The notes beneath the pieces were generated by a model, which was given only the letters and a program-made list of their open reading frames with translations, ran no database searches and was not told the DNA's origin. This document shows positions 53,904 to 64,000 of a stretch of DNA of 64,000 nt, piece by piece. The position numbers and the translations under genes are program-made. The number at the start of each line of letters is the position of its first letter. Within the stretch, counting starts at the first letter, position 1. Location of the stretch: NCBI RefSeq assembly GCF_009914755.1, contig NC_060942.1, one strand, 5' to 3'. The stretch is from the human T2T-CHM13v2.0 reference genome, Homo sapiens.

Positions 53904-54459
53904 CAGCAAGTGCTATTTCACCTACAAACCTGCATCCTATTAGAACCCAAGCAACTTAACTGGCAACACAATGGGAACAGGACACCCCTTCTCACTTTAC
54001 CATAGGATGGTACTCAGCCTTGGCCCTCCAAGAGCTGCCTGGTGCTGCAGGGTCTCAGGAGGGTACCAGGAAAACACTGGGGCCAAGCAGTGCCTGGGGG
54101 CTTGACATGATACCGAGACAAGAAGAAAGGCAGGGTGCACTGCAAGGCCTAGAGTAGAGTGGCAGCATCACCATTGTGCCAAGAGCAGTGGTGGCTTCTG
54201 AAAGGAAGTAGTTCTGCCTGAAAGAACAGCAGGAGAGACTACATGGCCAGTAGGGCAGGCCTAGGCCCTGTTTGGCCAGGCATGGAGGACACCTTGAATG
54301 TTGACTTTTAACTGAGCATCTGTGGATCACTCTGAAGTGATCTGCGGAAAGTTTTGACAGTGAGATTTGTTTAAGGAATTAGGTTTTCATGAGCAGATAA
54401 GGCAACAAATTATTTTAATTTGATAAAATTGATTATATTCTCAACTTTTTAACAACTTT

Positions 54460-54670
54460 ATGTGTCTGTGTGTGTGTGTATGTGTGTGTGTATATGTATG
54501 TATTTTCAAGATAGGGTCTCACTATGTCATCCTGTCTGACGTGCAGTGGCTATTCACAGGCACAATCATAGCACACTGTGGCCTGGCCTCAAACTCCTGG
54601 CCACAAGTGATCCTCTCACTCCAGCCTCCTGAGTAGCTAAGACCACAGTCACACAACCACCATGCCTGAC
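54460..54670 (-). mobile_element. FAM-like fossil Alu monomer with adjacent (TG)n tract
   Basis: 7SL-like gcagtggctattcacaggcacaatc segment in a monomer-length element. Confidence 0.7.
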
Positions 54671-54815
54671 TTATAACACATTTTTAAAACTAACTCTTTA
54701 CCATAAACATTGTCTTATGCCCATAGCTATTCACAAAACATCATAATTGTTAGTGGCTGCAGAGTATCAAGTACAATGTACCAAAATGAATTTAATGAGT
54801 CTCCTATTATGTGAC

Positions 54816-55194
54816 TGTTACGTGTTGAATATGTCCCCTACCACAGTTTATATGTGGAAATCCTAACCTCAGTATATCAGAATGTGACTGTATTTGGAAA
54901 TAAGTCTTTAAGGGGGAAATTACGTTAAAAAAGAGGACATTAGGGTGGGCTTTAATTTAATACGACTGGTGTCCTTATAAGAAGAGATTAGGACACAGAA
55001 GCAAATAGAGGAAAGATCATATAAAGACACAAAGAGAAGATGGCTAGATACAAGCCAATGAGAGCAGCCTCAGAAGAAACCAGTCTTGCTGACACCTTCA
55101 TTTCGGACTTCTAGCCCTGTGAGAAAATAGATGCCTTCAGTTTAAGTTATCAGTCTGTGTTACTTTGTTATGGCAGTCCTAGCAAATTAATACA
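54816..55194 (+). mobile_element. Solo MaLR LTR, MLT1B-like
   Basis: tgttacgtgttgaat...gactggtgtccttataagaagag...ttgttatggcagtcctagcaaattaataca. Confidence 0.85.
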
Positions 55195-56898
55195 GCAACT
55201 ACTACTCACAATGTTTATTTAATAAATAACATTTGTACATCCTGCTACACATCACTGATTATTTTCCTAGAATCAGTGCTGGAGGTGAAATTATTGGTTC
55301 CAAAAATTATTAATAATTTGTATTATTAATTCTACTATAGAGTATATTATTATTTTCAACTTTCTTTTTTTCACAAATGTAATACATTTGATTTTTTATC
55401 TCCATGTTGAACATAATAAGACCAAGTATAAGACCAAATTGTGTCCTAAAGTTCATAATTATAGGGTTCCCTTCCAATGAACAGTCATGCACCCACAGAT
55501 TGCATGGTGCTTCATCACTGGGCAGCAGGATAACTGTCATTCAGACCACATTCCATACATCTTAATAATGTATAGAAGATGCTTCCTAGAATTAGAGGAT
55601 CCCTCTTGGGGAAATAAGGACCAGATAATTGCCTCTAAAAATCACCCCCCTCAGCTGGAAAGGGAAATATTATACTTACAAGGGTCCTTCAGGCTGTTAG
55701 CACCTTAGCATGTTTGTGCTAAGCATGTTTGTGCTAAGCATGTTAGCTTAGCATGTTTGATGGTTTGATTTTTGAAAGCAATTAATCACATTGTCCATCA
55801 GCAAGGAACAAGACATTTCTCTATTTTACTCCAGGATAGCAGCACCACTAAGTTTTAGATAGCTTCACCCGTAGATCCCTTTAGAAACATTTCTAGAGCT
55901 AGGAGAGGTGGCTGCAGCCCACAGAAGTCCCCTGGAGGTGCTGGTTTTCTAGGAGAGTGTTGTATGGTGTCCACTGAGAACATTGTCATGCTACATACCT
56001 GGCAGAGATAATCGACAATGAATATTTTGTGGATTACCTTGGGAAACCAATATAATTCATTCAGGAGCACATGTGAGAATATTCCTAAGACCATCAGGGG
56101 AGAAAAAATGAGATATTTTCTATGAAATGGACTGAGCGGGGAGCAAGCATTATAAGGATTGGAACCAGCTGAAACCCTAAGAGAGACCTGGGAAAACAGA
56201 GAATGCATATATGAATTTTATCTTGAGAACCACTCTCTAAAACCCAAGAGAGAAATTAGAAGTATACTATTCTCCGTAGTTCCTGACATTTCCCATCCTC
56301 AGAACAGGAGCTCTGAAAGAGACATGGGATTAGAATGAGTTTTTCAAAACCAACCAGACCTCAGGATTTAATGTTGTGGCCTAGTCTCTATGGAGGGCAG
56401 CTATAGTAGAATGGTTAAGAATAAAGCCTCTGAGCTTCACAAATTTGCAGACTAAGATATTTGAACTTCCATTAATTAAGACCATTATCTATTTCTACTT
56501 TGAGTTTTTCTCCCTTTCACACTTGCTCTTTCTCAAGATGGCATTAAAATGGCTGCAGGCAAATTTGCACTGAGCTAAGGGAAAGTTGATTTGAGGATAC
56601 ATTTGGATTGATATAGTGGGATATGGTTAAGTGATTTGCAATCCTTTTATGGATGATTAAGTTCTTACTAGATCAGAGGATGCATGGCTATCCAGGACTT
56701 TTCCTATTTCCGACTGTGCTGACTCGAAGGACTTGCGAACATGAAAGCATAGGGTCAGGGGCTGACTGTCCTATGAATGTGCCGTTCAGTTCCTGGCACC
56801 CAAAGGATTGGGCAACTGAAGGAAAATCAACGAGTGAAATGTGTGTAGCGAGATCTAATCAGCAGAAAATTTTTCCAAACTGTACTGCTCAAGTATGA

Positions 56899-57288
<390 letters not shown>

Positions 57289-57429
57289 CTGAAATACATT
57301 TTTTAAAACTACAGCAGTAAAAATCAAAGTTCAATCTTGTTAGGAGAAAGTCTGATTTTCTATTATCTTAGAGAGAATATTATAAAATCTTATGAATAGT
57401 GTACAAGCACAAGTGTAGAAAAAATATGA

Positions 57430-57830
57430 AGAGATAAACTATGGGTACATCCATGCAATGGAATACTACTGAACAATAAAAACAACGGAACTGTATATGG
57501 GCACGCAGCTTGAATGAATCAGAAAGTTTTTTTTTAGTGGTAAAAGTCAATCTGAAAAATTCATAATAGTATATGATTTCCTTTGAATGACATTACGCAA
57601 AAGGTAAATTATATGGAAGGAGAACAAACCATTGTTTTTTTAGGGAATAGGGTTGAGAGATGGTTTTAACTACAAAGAAATAATATGAGGAAATTTTGGG
57701 GTATGATTAACTGTTCTGTATCTCAATTTTGTTAGTAGTTACATGTATCTACATGTAGATACATGTAGATAAGCTGTATATCAAAACAAAGTTAATTACA
57801 TAGTACATTAATTTAAAGATTGCAAAAATA
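57430..57830 (+). mobile_element. Old L1M 3' fragment
   Basis: gtacatccatgcaatggaatactac...tatgattt... typical of mammalian-wide L1 3' ends; boundaries approximate. Confidence 0.7.
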
Positions 57831-60800
57831 TTTTCAAAATTAAAATATTATATAGGTGTTTTAGGAAATCAGTATTTTTATACCATTATATAGTAATATC
57901 TGGAATTTTTCACCTTTAAAAATTATAATTTATTTTCATTTATTTCATTATACTAAATAAATACTAATTTAAAAATATTGTTTGTGATTTTTTGTTCATA
58001 ATATTGTATTGATTTCCTGAAAGAGATATTCAATTGCCTAGTTCTCAGGATCCCACAAAACCCAGTCCTGTCCCGACTATGCTGGGGGAGACAGCAAATT
58101 GAGAACCTGTGCAGTGAAAGAATCATAATTGGCCCAAATATTTCTGTTTGCTAGAGACCGCATACTAAAATCCTAGCATCAGTTATTGGTTATATACAAG
58201 TTCACTGTCAGCTACTGTGGGTGAAGAAGGTGAATGTGGGGGATATTCTTAGACACTATGACCCTATAGGCAGAACCTTGCATGAAAGAGGAAAATTAGA
58301 GCCATAGGCAAGAAGGCAGGATTTAGTGATGACAGAACAGCAGAGATGCCCTGGGGCTACTATACAGCCTGTTTTTCTAGGAGGAGCCTATCCTGGCCAT
58401 GCCACAGATGGTACCTCTTAAGGACTTCAACCATAAGGCATGATCTGGAGGCTATTTAGGGTTTGAGTGACAGATATGTACAGTAGAAACTTCTAGGATG
58501 GAGCAGGTTTCAATTTGTGTATAGATTTGCTAAATAGGTTTCCATATTTGCTATACAGTGGTTTTTACTTTCAGTATAAATTAAATACTTTAGCAAAGTT
58601 CTGCTGTGGAGAGTAAGGTAATGCAGACATCAGCGAAGCATCGTAGTGTCTTAGAATTTTGTTTTAATTCTTGGCCTGGCCACCAGATTAAGGTTGGAAT
58701 ATAAAGAACAAAGATCCCAAGGAAGTAATCTGGGATTCAGATGACTTCTTTGGTCCTTGGGTTTTGACTAAGAGGAAACAGGAGGCTTTGGCAGCTGATG
58801 ACTTCTCAAAAGCAGAAGCTAGTTGCACTGGATGGGGGATTTGTGCCATCTTTATGAGCATGTAAAGGACAGAGATGGTATGCAGACTCCTAAAGTGACA
58901 ACTACTGTCACCATGCCCTAGAATGGCGCAGAGCTAAAAACAGGACAGTGACGCTTTGCAAGCAAATATGAGAACAGGTGAGCCCAGCTATGGGATCGTA
59001 CCTAAGAATCTCTACAATAATTTAGAAGTAGATGAATCCAGCAGCATCTGTGGCCCCACTCACAGAATAATGACACAATCACATCATGAAGTTGGAGCAC
59101 ATAATCACTAAACAGAGAAGAGGTATGTTACCTGTGTTGAAGCAAAGAGAGAGAGTACTGTGGTTGACAGCATGGTCTTTGCAGTAAGGCACTCTGGGTT
59201 TGAGTCTTCTTTACAACTAACTACCTATGTGACTGCAAATAATATAATCTCTTTAAACCTCAAGTTCCTCATGAGAAACGAGAACATTGTAATATGAACT
59301 GTCCCATTGGTATGTTGTGGAGATGAAATGCACTAATATATAAAGAGTGCTTTATACAACACCAGCCATATAATAATCAAACAGTCGCTAAGACTGTTAT
59401 TCTTAAGCATTGGATTTGCAATCTAGAGTGTAATATATCTTATCAATATTATATATTAATTACACTTTATTACACATTATTATACATGTTAATTAAAAAT
59501 ATATAAATTACTATTAATATGCATTTAAATGCAATATTCAGCTTATGGTAAGCATCTAATGAATGTTTGTCAAATTAAAATTTTCTGAAATTTAGGTAGC
59601 TTGGATGGAAAGCCTAGTGATTCCACTGGGAGGTCCTGCATGATGGCCCTGCTTTGAAACATGCATTATGCAAATCCTGGTATTAGTAGTGGGAGATTTT
59701 GGAAGTCAGAGTTTATGAGGTTCATCAGGAGTGGTTCTACACATCAGCAACTAGTGGTGTGGTCAGTGAAAGTCGAGGGGGAGGATGTCAGAAAAGAAAA
59801 TCACCATGGTTACTCAGCAGAATTTCTAGGGCTCAGATCACTCTAGCCACTGGGTAAGATGTGATACATACAGACCACAGTTTCCGCAGGAAAATATAGA
59901 CAAAGGGAGAGGAAGACAGAGAGAGGAAAGGAGAGAGAGAAGAGAGGAGGGACGGAGAACAAAAAAAAGGAAGAGAGGATTGATGTCCTTCCAGATTTGG
60001 AACCCAACAGAGAACCTTGAGGCTCTAGCCTTTATTATGTCAGCACCCTTTGGATAAGTTCTAATGAAAGCCACTCTCACAAGCCTTTTCATAAGTGTTA
60101 CTTTCCTGGGCATAACACTTTAGATGCCAACAGTCTTTGTGTCCAGCTAATAGAAGATGAATTCCTTACTGTTGCTTCCCAATATATTGGCAAATAAGAG
60201 TGCAGAAACTCTGTCAGTCATAATCTTTTCATCCTTTTCATTGATGCTAAATTTAAAAAAAAAGAAAGAGAAGAAACAACAAACTCCTGAGATTAAATAA
60301 TGATTTTCTAATTTTTATATCCCCTAGTTCTTATTTTATAGTATCAATATGGGTACTAGATGAAATAACTCCCAAGCAGCTTTCTCCAGAGAAATACAAT
60401 TTTCCTGACCATCTCAGGAATATAATTGCCATGAGCAGCACTGGTAATCAACAATTACACAGAATATTGACTGTGTTCTTTCATCTCCCATCTTGGCCAA
60501 AATATGTAACCAATGGTGTATAAGTCACACTTTTCCTGACCTCTTTGTTTGACAGAAACCTCTGCAGTCAAGGATCTCACTGCAGTCCTGTCCACAGATG
60601 CCTGTGGGTTTCTTTGTTGTTATTGTTATTCTGCTTTGTTTAATTTTGTTTTGTTCCATCTTAACCCATTGAATACAAAGCAGGAAACCATGTAGGGCCC
60701 TGGCTCACTGCAGAGGCAAGGCTGCCCCCAGAAATATGTATGGCATCCAGATGTAGTGGCTCTCTTATGAAGCTCAATGCCTCCCCTAATTATCCCTTCA

Positions 60801-60921
60801 AACAGAACTTGGAGGAAGAGCAATGCCCTCTTGTGAATGCAAATGGAAACTGAGGCCCAGTGAGATTTAAAATTAATCGGAGGGAGCAGAGTTCAGAGAG
60901 AAGTTAGAAACCAGTCATTCT

Positions 60922-61052
60922 TCACACCTGTGTGTAGTCCTAGATACTTGAGAAGCTGAGGCAGGAAGACCGCAGAAGCCTAGGGGTTCAAGACCAGCCT
61001 GTACAACATGGCTAGACCCTTTCTCTAAAAAACAAAACAACCACAAAAAAAA
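60922..61052 (+). mobile_element. FLAM-like Alu monomer
   Basis: gctgaggcagga...gttcaagaccagcctg...A-rich tail. Confidence 0.75.
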
Positions 61053-61947
61053 TGAGTCTTTCTTCACAGTAGCCCAAGTAATGTAAAAAGTATCAGATCA
61101 GTAGTATGTCCACTCAGTTACACTTTGGAACCCCAGAGAGCACAGTTATTGGGGTCCTGTAGCTGCGGGCTACAGGAGATTTTACCATTTTCATCATCAC
61201 CATCTTCTCTCACCGAACTTGCTGAACTACAGCTATTTGTCCATTTATTTTATTTCCAGACTGTCCTGTGAACACTTCAACAGGAAAGATGGCATTCCTC
61301 ACATCTATTCAACCAATAAGCACGAATCAAGGAACATAGTCCTTTCTCAATCACTGATTATTAAACAAATAACTTTGCCACATTTGTGCCAGAATATTTT
61401 ATGCAAATGTTAAAAGTTTAGTAGAGATTTACAAATGATATATGTAAAAAAATGAAGTCAAAATTTTCCCCTAGCCATATGAGGCATTAATACTCACTTG
61501 GTGACATTGGAATTTGGTATGTCTGAGCAACTAAGAGTTCAATTCTAAATAGAAATAAGTAAGGATGCTTCTGGAAACCTGATATTACACACATGGGAAG
61601 GCAAATTTGAGGGTGTTGGTATCATCTGGCCAGAGATCCAATGGCAAGTAAAGCACACTAAGGGTTACAATCATGGTGTGAAACTTTCTCGAAGACCATA
61701 TCTGACATCTACCTGACCTTGGGAAAATTACCAGGGTAACTCAGTGGAGAAAACCTAAGTCAGACTCCATAGCAACCTTTGAAGGAAAAATGTACACGGA
61801 GTAATATCTGGTACTCAACAAGAGTGGTTCGGCTCCATGTGAACCATGAGGAAAATAACTGGAGATAGCAGAGTTAGAGGCCAGAGTCCTCTTGGTCTTG
61901 CAGAAGATTCTATGTGAGCACTTTGCTTTTTTGTCCTTGGTGTAAAT

Positions 61948-62160
61948 CAAGCTTGTCCAGCCCGCAGTCTGTGCCCTACATGTGGCCCAGGATGGCTTTG
62001 AATGTGGCCCAAAACAGATTTGTAAAGTTTCTTAAAACATAAAATTTTTTGCAATTATTTTCTCTCATCAGCTATCATTAGTATTAGTGTATTTTACGTG
62101 TGGCCCAAGACAGTTCTTCTTCCAATGTGGCCCAGGGAAGCCAAAAGATTGGACACCCTG
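61948..62160. mobile_element. MER30-like hAT MITE
   Basis: caagcttgtcca...gtggcccagg...gccaaaagattggacaccctg. Confidence 0.85.
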
Positions 62161-63329
62161 GGTATAGATAATGCTTGTCCCAACTGGTATTGTTTGGAAA
62201 TTTCAGAGTTTATCAGCTTCATCCTCTGCTTTAAAGACATCTGATTTGTCTGCACCTTTTCTTCTCTCTACTACCCTGCACTGAATTCAGCATGGTTGGT
62301 TTCCCTAGGCAAACACATTCTTAAATATCTTTGCCTAATTATCCTCCTTGTACTCTGAAAAAAGTCACCATGTGTGGTTTATGAATTGCAGAAATATTTT
62401 CTTTACCATGAACCCCTCTCTTGATCTGATTTTCTGGTCTGCTGTTTGTAAATATCAACCTACCACACAACTAGTTCCTATACAGACTTTGCAAATGTCT
62501 TTAATGTAAACACACACACACCACCAGGTTTTCCTTCTCCATCCAGCTTGTCTTCTACCTGAGTTTTCTGGTAAGCACCTCAAATTGCCCTCCAATTTGG
62601 GAATCCTATCAATCAGCCTGGGGTGGAACACATCCCCTCACTATGGCCAGCACAGGCTCCTCCTGGAAGGTCCATCTCATTTACCAGTCCACCATAGTGG
62701 GGAGTCACTCCAAACAGAGAGAGTTAGCAGAAGCACTGTGCTCGCCAGGGCCCTCCACTGTGCTTGACTTCATGTAGTGCTTCTCAGTTAAATTCCAGAT
62801 TCTGTGCCTGCATCCCATGATTTGACACCACTCTTCTCAGACAGTGTTAGCAACCATTCTCTGACTGCCCTGCCAGTCCCATTTTCCAGGCATTAAATCC
62901 TGAAATAAAGTCCCTTCCTCACTGGTTTAAAGTACTGAAATCTCAGGACCCCTCAGGACTAAAGTCTCTCAAGTTGCAACTGTTTATTCCCCCTTAAATA
63001 TTTGAGAATAAGAGAATTTACATTTCATTGTTAGTTTAATCCTTTAAAAATAAGCCCTACAATGTATTCTCTCTTGACAACAAAGATCTACGTCCTTTTT
63101 GTTTTGTAAAGTCTATCTTCCCTTTTTCCCTTAGTTCTTTTATTCTTTTGTAATCTATAATTTACATCGCAAAATTTAGCAATTTCCTTCTGTGCTAGAC
63201 ATTAGTGCTATGCTCTAAATGATGCCTGTTTTCTTTCCTCCAGGCACATCATAAGATAACATTTTCCATACCCTCGGAGGTTTGTCTTGACTTTTCTTTG
63301 GCCAAGGTATGCATTTGCCTGGCTCCTCT

Positions 63330-63535
63330 CTCCCACTTTTGGAATCATAAGCACAGCATAGAAGCTTTGCTCAGACAATCTCCTGATTAAGTATGTTAAA
63401 AACAGAGCCACCCAACTCGTGGCTGACAAATAACATGAGTAAGGAATAAACGTTATTGGTTCTTTGTTTGTTTGTTTCTGAGATTTGGGAGTTATTTTTT
63501 ACCTTTACATAAGCAAGTCCAACCTGGCTGTTATA
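63330..63535 (+). mobile_element. Old MLT1-type LTR 3' part
   Basis: catgagt...aataaa...ctgagatttggg...gttattt motif order typical of MLT1 3' ends. Confidence 0.45.
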
Positions 63536-63953
63536 TTCTCAAAAACCATAGGCCATGTTGTCAATAGGATTATAGCACTTAAAACCAAGTACTTCCCTCT
63601 ATTTGTTTGATATCTAATATGTATTTAAAAGATGGCTAGAGATATGTAGACAATAATTCATTTGTTCAATATAAATTGATTGAACACATCCCTGTTTTAT
63701 CTTTTACTGTGAAAGTGATTCTTTGTTTGAGAGAAGGAAAATAATTGGATGATAGGAGTACTTATTGAATATAGTCAAGGTCATTTAGCTTAGATTAATT
63801 GGCCAAAATGCCATTCTGAGGAGAAAACGAGGTATTCCCAGGATGTCAAAACCACCTTTAAGTTTAATAAATGGCCAGTGGGATCAGTATGAGACAAAAT
63901 CACTGAGATAACACTTATCTGTCTATCTGGTTTCTGTTTGTATATGTGCATGT

Positions 63954-63955
<2 letters not shown>

Positions 63956-63995
<40 letters not shown>
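63956..63995. repeat. (TG)n microsatellite
   Basis: About 20 perfect units. Confidence 0.97.
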
Positions 63996-63998
<3 letters not shown>

Positions 63999-64000
63999 TA

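Overview
Primate (AluY-containing, human-like) AT-rich non-coding genomic DNA. No credible protein-coding exon chain was found: the ORF track is explained by Alu/L1/LTR remnants, simple repeats and chance. Main content: (i) a two-LTR, non-coding ERV1/MER4-group provirus (MER61-like LTRs, tRNA-Lys-like PBS) on the minus strand at 443-5720, with an AluY inside; (ii) an unusual ~2.4 kb degenerate alternating purine/pyrimidine tract at 6186-8556; (iii) a full-length decayed L1 on the minus strand (~13.9-21.0 kb) with two nested Alus; (iv) many solo LTRs, Alus, DNA-transposon MITEs and L2/MIR relics; (v) a CpG-rich promoter-like region at ~46.8-47.75 kb with a probable non-coding first exon on the minus strand, plus further candidate minus-strand exons at ~26, 30.6, 34.5 and 37 kb. 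This suggests the 5' non-coding part of a large multi-promoter gene whose coding exons lie left of the window. The gene was not identified with confidence. Repeat family names come from recalled consensus sequences and need RepeatMasker/Dfam confirmation. I found no clear novel biological system. The best leads are the RY tract, the candidate exon/promoter set, a 90-bp near-perfect duplication and several motif-bearing palindromes.
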